Below are positions 14,020 to 27,800 of a DNA stretch of 64,000 bases, in pieces. The DNA comes from Eledone cirrhosa. Its lineage: Eukaryota. The position numbers were made by a program, and so were the translations under genes. The stretch is from the NCBI GenBank assembly GCA_964016885.1, contig OZ024742.1:156612001-156676000 (forward strand), in the 5' to 3' direction. Every line of letters begins with the position of its first letter. Position 1 is the stretch's first letter. Under the pieces are notes generated by a model. It was not told where the DNA came from and searched no databases. It saw only the letters and a list, made by a program, of their open reading frames with translations.

Positions 14020-14900
14020 AGATATGGCAGACATGTTCAACGCTGTTATCATAATGTCTACTGGTACTGGTGATAGAATGGGAAAATTCCCAGTTCTGTA
14101 AGTCAGGTAGCAGTAACACTGATAAGGAAATACGCAAAATGTGAGAACATTGATGTCCATAATACTGGTCAACGTAGGTTTTAATATGTTAGCTTAGAAG
14201 CGCGTAAAGATCTAGGCTATTTTCGTTTAAAGTCGGGTCGGAGAAAATGCAGACGCACGCGATCCGAGCAAGTCTATTTGCAACATCTTCAATCTCATGT
14301 AACATATCATAGAGAGGCTAGTGAGTAAACCTGGCTTCGGTGTGGCACAATTTTAATCAATCAAAATCATTCATTCGTGTCGGCCATTTTGATCTCTTCA
14401 AAGTATTATGACATTTGTTCAGTGATCCGTGTAAATGGGCACCCATTGAAAGCCCTTAACATCTCGTTCTCTGTTCATTATGGATGTCATCTCTCCTTCT
14501 TTCAATATGTATTGACTCTTGGCCTGAAAGGTCTGCGTCCAATTATGTGAAAGACATCACGGTGATGATGTCAAACACCTCGAAAATCTAGGTGGCGAGT
14601 AATTTGTTTGGAATTAGGAAACTTTGTCCGGAGAGAAAATCATGTCTGCAATGTAAGTGGCTTTGCAAATCGGTATCTAGTGATGGAATTGCATAACATT
14701 TTATTAACGCATGGTGCGCGGCAACGTATGGGTCGTTGAAGTTGTTTGGGGTCTGGGTTGTTCCAGACCACGAACTGGGTGATACCACTCACACAGAAAT
14801 GTCAGACTGAGGTGGAAAATGCTTACATCCCCTTCGTAATATAATGCGGTCCGAATTACGTGCTCTGTTCCACTTCACGTTTCAACGAATTGGAGCATTT
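14020..14900 (-). mobile_element. Highly degenerate Gypsy-like gag remnant
   Basis: Broken frames give YYEGDVSIF...FCVSGITQ, NDPYVAAHHALIKCYAIPS..DLQ and FYHQ...TCLP, resembling the Gypsy gag F..RGIT / PY..LK.ALI.RF / CxYHxxFGxxAxxC pattern. Confidence 0.35.
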
Positions 14901-15358
14901 TCTGTTACTCTTCGTTTGGAAGGGACTGTTTAAACAGTGTCGAGGCATTCTCTTTTTCTTTATAGGGCAGGGCTACATCAGGTGAATAAATATTCAAACA
15001 CGCTGCCTCTCAGGATGGCACTACTACATTTCCACAATAATTTAAGCACACTTTAATTACCATACTTACGTCATAATAGAATGATTTTGATTAAGATGAA
15101 GGTGTGCAACAACAACAATAAGGAACATTCATGAAATTCTCGTTTCACTCAATTAGACAAAGAAACAAAGAAACAAATAAGAATAGACTAACTAGTTATC
15201 ACTATCATCTGGCTTAATTTAAAATAAATATTTATATTGTAAGAGCCTTATACAAAAGGAATACATTCATATTATTCCAATTCAAGAGGGATGACGAATA
15301 TCGTTAAAAAATACGTGCAGCTTCGCTTGTAATGGGTTCTTATTTAATAATAGAAATA

Positions 15359-15523
15359 TTGTTCCTACTCTTGGCAGAAGTCCAGAAATAACTCCAGTGC
15401 ATTACTGATACTTTATTTTATCGACTCCATAAGGTTGAAAGGCAAAATTAACCTTGGCGGGATTTGAACTCAGAACGTAAAACTGTAACTCTATGCTGTG
15501 AAGCATGGCCTCATACCCTCTAA
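15359..15523 (-). mobile_element. SINE family 1
   Basis: Reverse complement of the family-1 consensus (ggcgggatttgaactcag). Confidence 0.85.
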
Positions 15524-15691
15524 CAATGATGATAATAATACTATTTTAAAGCAAATGCAACAGTTGTACACATATAAATTGCATAAATACGATAGAATTA
15601 ATACATCAAACAAATTATGTATTTTATTTGAAGATAACACAAATTTAAATCTAATTAAGATACATAATGCATAGTAATTTTAGACAAATAA

Positions 15692-15878
15692 TTGTTTCTA
15701 CGTTAGGCACAAGGCCAACAATACCCAGTGCATTACTGGTACTTTATTTTTATCGACCCCGTAAGGAGGAAAGGCAAAGTTAACCTCGGCGGGATTTGAA
15801 CTCAGAATGGCAAGGGCCGTAACTATATACGTCAAAGCAAGGCGTCCGACCCTCTCCCAATACCGCCAATTCACCGCC
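15692..15878 (-). mobile_element. SINE family 1
   Basis: Reverse complement of the family-1 consensus. Confidence 0.9.
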
Positions 15879-16097
15879 ATTTTAGACCAATAATAGTGAG
15901 ATATTAGTAATGATCGTTCGGTATTCAGTAAACTATTAATAATAGTCATAATAATTATGACTGTTCGGTATATCATAGTTTAACCCGTTTCCAAAAATGT
16001 ATATAATTCGTAACACCTCAAAATTTGACACCTGCACAAAATTAGAAACAGCTATTGCGGACGTAAGAGAATTTTAATGCAGCATATGCATATATAG

Positions 16098-16545
16098 ACT
16101 AGACATGAAAAATGCGCAAACTCAAAAGAACCACAGAATGTTATAATAAACCTTCACAAGTGTGGGACTAGATTTGTTGCTCAAAACTATTGTAATCATT
16201 ATCTATCGTACACTATGTGGTATCTTTTTACAAAAAGGAGACACATAACGAATCTAAGACGACACGATAACTATTTAAGCAAATGTTCAATATCTCATAT
16301 TAGATGTTTAGTAATGATTAATACGAAATGCACTTAAACCGAATTCTATATTATAAATTCACTTAAATAATTACCGAGTCGTCTTGAGTTCGTTATGAGT
16401 CTCTTTTTTTTATAAAAGGATGCCACAGAGTGTACGAAAGACAATGATTACAATATTTCTGAGCAACAACTCTAGTCCCACACTTTTGAAGGTTTATTAT
16501 AACATTATGTGGATCGTTTGAGTTTGCGCATTTTTCGGGTCTAGT
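16098..16545. mobile_element. MITE-like element with ~130 bp terminal inverted repeats (ACTAGAC...GTCTAGT); extra terminal fragment at ~16722-16757
   Basis: actagacatgaaaaatgcgcaaactcaaa...gtgtgggactag vs ctagtcccacac...tttgagtttgcgcatttttcgggtctagt. Confidence 0.8.
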
Positions 16546-18425
16546 AATTTATTGTTACAATCTTAGAATTCTTATTTGGACATTGAAGGAAGTAGCAAAA
16601 ACATGATCGGATATTCCAACTGAAGTTAACGGAGAAGCATTCTGACAATAGAAGAAAAAAAAACATTCAATATACGAGGTGGGGCAGAAACGTTCCAGGA
16701 CTGATGTCACAAAATATGTATTTGTTCTTTTGAGCTTGCGCATTTTTCAGGTCTAGTTTAATATTTTTTGAAAGCAACGCTGGTAATAATCCTAGTTAAA
16801 CATGATATATATTAATAATAAATTATTGTTGTAATGTAATTAGATTATATAATTGTTATTTTATAAATGATCTTATAAATATTATTGTAAGATGTATAAA
16901 AATATTTTCACACTTTTAATATAAACAACTACAAAAAACAATCGATATTAAATAAATATATTTTACATAATAATTGTTATAGTTGAATTAATAAAAATTA
17001 AATATTACATACAAATAGTCTAACATAATAATAAAAAAAAATCTAACATAATAATAATAAAATAACCTAACATAAAACGAACAATAATATGGACAAATAA
17101 ACAAGTACATATTATACAACTAATATTAAATGCGTGTTATAACGAACTGAAAAAAAAGATAGTTAATATAAATTTTAAAAGTTCATATATAAATAACAAT
17201 ATAACTAACCAAAACGAGAAAAATATTTTGATCATAAACGACGAAATACAGAAGGAAGATTCCAAAGCGAAACGATATATAAACGTGCAAACAAAATGAC
17301 AGATGCTTTTGAGCAACAATTACTCATGTTGGTTGAGTAGCCAATAAGACGATACATTACAAATCATGTTTTGCAGCGATCATCACCACGGCCAGCGACA
17401 CCCTTGAATGTATTATTCACAAGCTACGCATATATGTCAGACACGCAGACTTAAAACATTCTGTTGTTAGTCACTGCGTGTCTAACAGATATATAACTCA
17501 CGCATTCCGTCTCTCTTTCACTATATCTCTATCTCTCTATTTCTCTCTTTCTCTCTTTCTCTCTTTCTCTCTTTCTCTCTTTCTCTCTCTCTTTCTTTCA
17601 CACACATTCAGACACACACACACACACACGTGCATACACGTATAATGCACATACACACCATTTTTCAAATGATTGAGGAATAAAGGCACAGTTGTACCAG
17701 CTAATCATTATATTAGTAAAGATATTACGAATTTATTTCATATAGAATTTCACGACACAAGGAATCTTTCATTCATTTGAAATCATCAGGAGAGATTTGC
17801 CTGAAGAATTCAGGCAAATGGAAATGTTCTAGGCCTGTAACACATATTTGCAAAAGATATTCGTTATTGAAAGAATGTATAAAGAATCTATCGCATTAGT
17901 GACAATCTAAAGTTGGTTGGTCATTCTTTAGCAATCTAGTTTCTTTCGTATTCATACAATTTCTAACGAATATGATCAGGACATACCTTTTCAAGAATCT
18001 GTATTCACAAAGAACGTCTCGCAGCTACGTATTCTTAATTACAGATCTAATTACTTTGTCTTCCAAAATTGCAGGGCAGTAAATACATATCTGATGTCGC
18101 CAGTGCTTGATGGAAAATATACAATCTTTGATGATATCACGACGAAGATAACAAATTCTGTATTGACACACCAAAGCTTCATTGTTTCTGATTGTATACG
18201 TTCACCTATAGTTGGCATGGAGGCATGACCACCAGTAAATATCCTCTAAAGACATGGAACATTCCGTTATTGATTTTAGCTCATAGTATATAAATGGTCT
18301 TCAATAATTGGCACATCAGGCGGGGATCGAACAGAAGTATGATTGGTAAGCATCTATAAATACGTGTGTAATATATATATATTTATATATATGCATATAT
18401 ATGCATACACACACGCACACACACT

Positions 18426-18457
<32 letters not shown>

Positions 18458-18829
18458 CATACATACATCATTGGTGAGAAGAAGTAAACAAATACGATGA
18501 ACTTTTAGAAGTTTTAAGCAACAAGAGTGTTCAATATTTTATCGTATTTCTCAAATATGTCATGTCTATATATATATATCTGTCTTATATATTATACACA
18601 CCTACACGATCATTCACATACGCATATTTATATAAACATTTATATAAATATACATATATATAATAACAAAGAAATTAATACGTTACCACTACATAAGTAC
18701 ACAAGATGAAGACATCAATAAGCATATATAATTACACATGCATATGCATATTCATTTACACCAGCATAAAATCTAAGAAGCTTTATACATGAGGGAAACT
18801 TTTGTTGAAACAGATATGTATAACTACAT

Positions 18830-19671
<842 letters not shown>

Positions 19672-19985
19672 AGATTTATATGTATAAACATGGCGATACA
19701 TACTTGTTTTACTTCGTGCGTGTGTGAAAGTGTAGTATACAGTATATACTTTTATACTCTTTATGTGGGGATTTGTTTGATGTCGAAATTGTATGCACAC
19801 ACTATTTTATACATACATGTACATACACCCACGCACTCAAACATTCTCACACTCACTCATGTTTATCTATATACATTCGTGTGCGAAACTGCATACATAT
19901 ATATCTGCACGCACACACACACACACACACATTCACAAATACAAAATACTTACGTACGCACACTATAACATACGTACAAATATAC

Positions 19986-20039
<54 letters not shown>

Positions 20040-20646
20040 TTTTTCCACAAACATTTCGGTAATGTTCTATTCCTGTTTGTAATCAGTATAAAATTGTGAT
20101 GTAAAGTAAGAACGTATTAAAGATTCCTCAAAAGACTAGGAATTCGAAAGGTTTTCTTGGAAAGTCACGGAATCCTATGACCGTGGTTGACACGAAACAT
20201 CTTTTTTACATTTTAACCATATCGATTTTTCATCATCAAAAGTCTGAAGAGAGAATAGTTTCCCCTATATAGTCTGATTTCTCCAATAAATGTCAGTATA
20301 TCACAATGTTATTTTTCATTTCTTTATACTATTTTAAGCAGCATTAGAGAATTGGGAAGTAACATTATTTTTGCACTGTTTTCTTGTATTATTACTTTAT
20401 GTTTTTCAGCTTTTTGTTTGGTATGTGGTTTGTCTTTAGCATTATTACTTTTTTTGTATTCATTATCACCAATAAATGCATATATAAATACAAATAGAAA
20501 TGTATAAATAAATATAAAATACATAAATAAAAATATAAATATTAAATTAGATAGTAGGAATGCTAATCACGTACATATACATGGTAGGTAACAAAAGAAA
20601 AAAAATGTTTGAAACTAAATCTTTGCTATGTGAAGAAATAAAAACG

Positions 20647-20845
20647 TATTATTATTTGTATTATTATTATTATTATTATTATTATTTGAAGAAGAAGAAG
20701 AAGAAGAAGAAGAAGAAGAAGAAGAAGAAGAAGAAGAAGAAGAAGAAGAAGAAGAAGAAGAAGAAGAAGAAGAAGAAGAAGAAGAATAAGATGATGATGA
20801 TGATGATGATTATGCTGCTGCTGCTGATGATGATGTTGATGAAGA
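20647..20845. repeat. Compound trinucleotide microsatellite (TAT)n(GAA)n(GAT)n(CTG)n
   Basis: Directly visible. Confidence 0.95.
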
Positions 20846-21548
20846 AGGAGAGGAAGAGAAGTATATAGCGTTTTTTTTTATCTTGTCGAGTAGAACTTGT
20901 ATTGTTGGTGTAGTTACTCTTTGTAATGTTGATTTCTTGTTTTCAATGATAGGTGGTTTTATTTCTTTAATTCAATTTCCCAATTTAGATTTCCATCAAC
21001 ATTATACGAGTATATTGTTTTCACATTTACCATAATTATCCCTCCTAATTGGCCACCATCGAATTTACTCAAAATGATATTAGTACCTAACCAGATTGAT
21101 AAGTAAAAAGTTGCCATTAGTAGGGTAAATAGATTTCATTTTCCATTTAACTTGGAATAAAAGTATTTGAAACTCGTAGTAAATAAAAATTCGCTAGGAT
21201 TTTGAAATAATTTTGAGATAGTTAATCCTATTCGAGTGGATGGGTACCACATTTCTGTATAGCTTGCGTAATGTTGATAGGTACCTCGAGAGAGGGAATA
21301 TACCTTTGAAATAAAAGTGTGAGATGCAATCCCTACAGAGTAAAATCATTATCACGTCTGACATTAAGTAGGGAGGCACTTTCTACTCACTCGGAACTAA
21401 CTGGAATGTGACCTCTACAATCAACTATGCAAGACATGAACACCAACGACTGCCAAGTGAAACAAAGGAAAATGGTCATATATTTCATTCAAACAAATGT
21501 AGATTCTATTGGTGTATTCCCACATACATCAATACAAAACACTCACCC

Positions 21549-21586
<38 letters not shown>

Positions 21587-22886
21587 TGTGTGTAATGTTA
21601 CGCGCGTGTGTGTGTATGTCTCTCAGGATGGGTTGTGTATATATATAACTGTATGTTTGTGTCGGTCTGTTTGGGAGCACATTCATGGAAAATATCTATG
21701 AAAACCCACCGATATTCTATACAGTATGTTGATGTAATTCCTCATAACATTCATATCAACACAACAATGAGGATAGAATTAGTGGAAGCAGCAGCATCTT
21801 TACTTGTAGGAACAGTATTGTCAGCAGATCGACATAAAATATGAGGAAATAATATATCCTAATATTGATACACAGACATTGATATCCTAAATTCGTAAGA
21901 ACAGTTATAGTAGCAATCTTTCCCTCGCTTCTCATTTTCTAGATAACCACTGATAGATGACCATATTCGTAATGACCACATCTGCAACTATTTCATTTTC
22001 TGTACATATACATTAAAATAGTAACTCATTCAAAAAGTGATTATTTTTATAAATATTATTAAGAACAATAATCGTCATGAACACCTCTTACACAAAAGAA
22101 CACAAATAGAATTGTCTTGAGAACATGTGTAAAATCGTTTGTGTTCTTTCACGAAATCTACAACTACATATTTTTGTAATCCATATTATACAGAAAAAAA
22201 TATATGCCATCTAATAACATGCCATCATAATAATAAACGCAGCTCAAAATATATTTTATCTCACCCAAATTACCATTGTGTATGGCTTTTAAAGAAAACA
22301 GTGTGGTTTTATCGTTTGTTTAGAACAAAACGGTCATTCAAATGTGACAGCAATACGTAGTTCAACAAGTACTGCAGCTTTAGATGTAAAATAATTTCTT
22401 TCAAACGGCAATACGTGGGGAATATACGTCAGATCTGAACTGACAACTGACTGCAGAAACGTTAGTTTTCTTAATCTTAGCAATCAAGTTTGAATATTGT
22501 CCAAAACCTATTTACTATAACATAAAGCAGAAATAATAATGTTTTACACGCAAAAAGAAATCAAATATAAATTCCGTAAACATTTTTCATTTAAGACTTT
22601 TAATCATGTAATTTCTATGTTTATTTGATACAATTTGCATCTAATAAAACTTAAGACGATGGTATCAGAGAATGTCTGAGAAGAATATAATGAGAGTATC
22701 ATCAACGCCAACGCCTGAGGATATTTTATCGTAACGGTAACTGATATATCAAAGAATTTTGACGAAAATATTAACAATATTTTGATATATGTTACATATA
22801 TAACACAAATTTCAGGGCTCTTCTGATATGTTTTTTTGTAGGTGCTATTAAAATAGCATTCGCTCTTCTTCTTCTTCTTCTTCTTC

Positions 22887-22939
<53 letters not shown>

Positions 22940-22950
22940 GTTATTGTTAT

Positions 22951-24800
22951 TCCTTGAATCTCAGTCATTGATGTTGGTTAACTGGAAAGTCCGTTGGATT
23001 GAATATCAAGCCACTACCTGCAGCCTCAGATATTCAGGACGTATCGGAGGGTTCTTGCCGTTCCAAGCAAGCATGCCTTTTGAAGCGTTCCAAAAAGCGT
23101 GAAGGGGCCGATTTTCTTTAACCATCCCTGGAAACCTTTGGAGATAGTCCCCAGTGCGCCTATGACAATCGGGATCACTTTGACTTCATGGCAGTTCCAA
23201 ATCCTTTTCACCTCCCACTTTAGGTCCTGGTATCGGTTAATTTTCTCCCTCTCCTTCTCTTGCACTCTCGTGTCGAACGGGCAGGCCACATCCACAATCA
23301 GGCACGATCTTTTTTCTTTGTCCACAACCACCAGGTCAGGTCTATTGTGTTCCAGTTTTTTGTCCGTCTGTATCCTAAAATCCCACAGCACCTTCACCTG
23401 ACTGTTCTCCATCACCGCCTCTGGCCTATGCTCATACCATTTCTCAGAATGTGGTAGATTGTTTACTTTGCACAGGTGCCAGTGGATCACCCTGCCCATC
23501 ACATCGTGTCTCCAGCCCTTATAGAGGGTCTGGGCTAGGTGTTTACACTCGGACACAATGTGAGCCACAGTCTCCTCTCTCTCTCCACAGATCCTGCACA
23601 GTGGGCTAGCCTCCTCCTTGTAGATATGGTGCTTCAACCACTTCGTTTTGAGGGCCTGCTCCTGCGCAGCCATTAGCATTCCTTCTGTAGCCTTTTTGAG
23701 GTCTCCTCTTCTCAACCAGTTCCATGTCTGTGGATCTCTAAATTCAGTTTTCTCAAAGAAGGTACTATGAAGGGATTTTCCCTTAAGGCTGCTCTTCCTC
23801 CTTGATGTTATTTCCTCCTTGGGTATCCCCTGGCCTACTGTCCCCTCCTTCAGTACAGCTCTGAGCATTGGCTCCTTACTATAGGTCACGTATTTGTATA
23901 GGTTGTTTTTCTCCATCTGAACACAGTCCTCTATGCTGATAAGACCTCTTCCACCCTCAGATCTCCTTAGGTAGAGTCTATCGACATCACTCCTCTTGTG
24001 GAACATGTTGTAGATAGTCAATAGCTTCCTAGTCTTCCTATCCATTTCTTTTTGTTCAGCAACATTCCATCTCAGAATTCCCGCACTGTACCTAATAATA
24101 GACACAGCTCGGGAATTTACTGCGCTTATGGCATTTCTGCTGTTCAGATGTGACTTCAATACGCTCCTTACTCTCCGAATGTATTCAGTTCTTAACAATT
24201 CCTTCATTTTTTTGTTCTTTATGCCATCAGCCTCCAGAACGCCCAAATACTTGTATCCTTCCTCAGAGTCAATTTCCTTTATCATCTCACCTGTTGGTAT
24301 CTGGATCCCGTTACTTCTGCTCAACCTACCCCTCTTCATCACAATGACTCCACATTTACCAATACCAAACTGCATACATATATCACTGCTGAAAATGCGG
24401 ACAGTGTCAACAAGCACATCCAACTCCTTCTCACTTTTCCCGAAGAGCTTAAGATCGTCCATGAAGAGGAGGTGATTGATGGTAAGCTCTCCCCTTCCCA
24501 ACTTGTATCCTGCTCTCACTTTTCGCAGCATAATGGTCAAGGGCATCAGGGCAAGGACAAACAACAGAGGGGACAGGCTATCTCCCTGGAAGATACCTCT
24601 CTTGATCTTCACGCTTACCAAGGATACTCCAGTTGATGTCAACTCTGTCTCCCAGGACCCCATACTCCTGCCCAGCAACTGTCTGATGTTATCTGCCACC
24701 CTGAAGATCTCCAGGCTTTTGGTGATCCAGGAATGAGGCACCATGTCAAATGCCTTTCTGTAGTCTATCCATCCCATGGCAAGATCAGTGTGTCTCCTCC
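22951..24800 (-). mobile_element. R4/Dong-like non-LTR retrotransposon family 1, copy 1 (5'-truncated; open ORF 23026-24777, RT + CCHC + restriction-like endonuclease)
   Basis: RT motifs WIDYRKAFDMVPH, GIFQGDSLSPLLF, HLLFMDDLK; CRICGEREETVAHIVSEC; RHD; RLE motif RPDLVVVD...IVDVACP...EKINRY; flanked by (TAA)n. Confidence 0.95.
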
Positions 24801-24855
<55 letters not shown>

Positions 24856-27800
24856 GGCGACCTACGTAGTAAATCGTATCATCGTGAGCTCCGCAAATGT
24901 TTGTTATTTCCGTTTGTTAAAAATTGCCATTTATGGAAAATTTTATTGTTAACTGTTTATAAGCACACATACATTGTTTTCCGAAAAGGACACCCAAAAA
25001 GATTGGGGCCTTGTGCCCAAAATTTTAACTTTTATAATTATCAAAAAATTTCTTTGAAAAAAAAATGGCTACTTCACCTCTGCACGAAGCAGCTGAAAGC
25101 CTTCCTCACAAAATAACACCTCACACCGACACCACCATTGTAAATGTTACTACGTTTGCCAACACAAAAAAAAATATAAGCAGTAGCAATATTTTAAATT
25201 TGTCTCAGGCAGACATTCATTTCCCGCCATTACCAATGACTGCAGGTGTTAAAGCCTCCACCACCACCACCACCGCGACAACCACCAGCCCCACCACCAC
25301 CGCGAAAACCACCACCCCCACCACCACCGCGACAACAGAAACAAAACAAGAAAAAAATAAATTAACTCGTGATGTCGAAATGGAATCAAGCAAAATGGAC
25401 TCTTCCCCACCAAAGACGACTGACGTCACCACCACCACAACTGAAACTAAAATTAATATTAACGATAGCAACAACAACAACAATGACATTATAACCCCCC
25501 CCCTCAGTTTCGCCAGAGTAGCAAAACAATTCGAAGCATTTAAGGTAACTCAGGAAGATTTAGAAAATGCCAAACAAATGGTAAAGAAAGATGGGTACAG
25601 GGTCAGCCTCCCCCCCCCACCTAATAAAATGGAGCATCGGCGCCTATGCACCGTGTCGTAAAGAACAATAAATGTAAAATCGCGCCGAGTGGAACGGGCA
25701 TCCGAGTCCCAAATCCAAAAAGCTTTGGGACATGTGTGGGCAAGAAAAACCCACATCAGACGTGGGCAAAAGTATGGAACCTCCATGGCCCCATTAAAAA
25801 GTGACGACTTCACACTCGTCCCAAGCTATTGTGGCCAGAGACTCGTAAAGATCAGGGTGACCCACGTTCCACCGGCCATCGAAATTCCCTGGCTAATAGC
25901 GGCCGTCCTCGCCGGCATCGAAGCCAACACGAAAATAATAGCAATAGCAAAAGAAAAACAGGAAAACTGGTCCGGATCTGGGATGGAGCTCCTGATCCAA
26001 GCGGACAAAAAAAGCATTGAGGAGATCCCAGAGGTAATATACCTCACTGACGGCTGCCACCTCACGGTAATTGTCGAGGGCAGAAGACCTAGGTGTGTCG
26101 TTTGTGGTGAAGGAACCCACCTAAAGGCTTTCTGCCCTCAGGCTAAAAGGTTGAGGCCACCTCTCCTACCCACCCCAGTGACACAACCATCAACACCACC
26201 AGTAGCAGAGATGGCAGCAACAACTGTAGCAGCAACAACAGAAGCAACTATAACAGCAACAACCCCAGCAACAGTAGCAAAACCAACACCACCACCACCA
26301 GCAAAACCAACTCCACCACCACCCAACGCTTCAGAACTAGCACCAGCGCCTTCAGCATCCACCACACCACAACCAAAACTAACGGCTGTGGAGGATTTTC
26401 CACTCCCCGGCCTATCACAACTGGAGACAGATTGTGACGACGAGGAGTGGGAAATGATATCCGGAAAAAAAAAAGAAACCAAAAAAGAAAAAATTCTCTT
26501 CCTTCCCCCTCCAAAAACAAAATACAGAGGGAAACAAATAAATTAAGAAACAAAAAAGTTATGACAGATATGCCACCATCCACACCAGCATCACCAACCC
26601 CATCAACCCAAACACCAACACCATCACCATCATTAACCCCAACACCACCATCACCTACACCACAAAAGTCACCAAAATGCGAAACAGAAACAAACCCACA
26701 ACAAACGCAAACAAAACAAAACAACCAAAACGATACACACTACACAGCATTAAATTTGAACAACAAGCAATTATTACACTACATCCAACACAACACCAGC
26801 ATCACAGAAAAAGACTACACAACAACCCCAAAATTCACACCACCTCCACACATACAAATCACTCGCATCACACAGAAAACGTACATGACACTAAAACAAA
26901 AATTCCCCAAAGACATCGGAGACTTCCGACAAGCACTCTCCAGGAGGATTTATAAGGACATCCTTCCTGAGGAGGCCACAAGCAGTGAAAAGGATGGAAA
27001 AACCGTCCTTCCCCTACGGGAAGTAAGGTAAGTGGTCTTTCCCATCTTTTCCACTCCTTTTCAACATGACCTCACTCAGAATAGGCAGCATAAATGCGCT
27101 TGGCTTGGGGTCGTCATGGAAGCAGGGCCACCTGCTCAACGACCTCAGGTCACTAAACATAGATGTAGTGGCCATCAGCGAGACCAGAATCTCCGAAGCA
27201 CAGGCTTTCGCACCGATCTTCGGCGGCTACGATGTGTACGCATCTCCCAGCCGTCCGGGATCGGGGGGAGGAGTTGCTGTGCTTTTTCGGAGAGGTTTGG
27301 ATCTTGCCATACGGGCTATCTTCCTGGACCCAGAAGGTAAGTTGGTGGTGCTGGACGTGACCAGCGGAGACGGTCAAGCTTTCAGGTTAGTGGCCGTCTA
27401 TGCCCCGACAGGAGCAGGGCGGCCTGATTTATTCCGGCGTCTGGAGACCTTTCTTGGAACGTCCCGCTCTTTAGTGTTAGTGGGCGACTGGAACGGGATC
27501 TTAGATGCACGCTGGGATTGTGTGGGATTAGTGGATAGGGAAGGAGGGTGCAAGAGTCTCACCAACCTGCTCAGACGTTTTGAACTGTCTGACAGGTACC
27601 GAATGGATTTCCTGCATGTACCAATGTGGACTTGGACAAATCGCATAGGGTCATCCAGATCATATCTAGATAGAGTATTTTGTAGGGAAATAGATAGGTC
27701 TAGCATAGGCTGTCCACAATTCAAGATAGTCAGCTACACGGACCACAAATTCGTGATCTGTGTGCTTGACTTAGATAGGCTTCATAGACAAGGACCCGGC

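Noticed and set aside
14588-14788. PYVAAHHALI resembling a glycoside hydrolase family 1 motif
   Set aside because: No splice sites or other GH1 motifs; flanking broken frames fit a decayed Gypsy gag better.
17700-18330. Coding-like minus-strand stretch and palindrome ATTTGCCTGAAGAATTCAGGCAAAT
   Set aside because: Stops in all frames and no motif I can assign; CTGAAGA here lacks a properly placed GAAA and stems.
23099-24736. Antisense ORFs overlapping the LINE ORFs
   Set aside because: Shadow frames of real retrotransposon coding sequence, with no recognisable domains.
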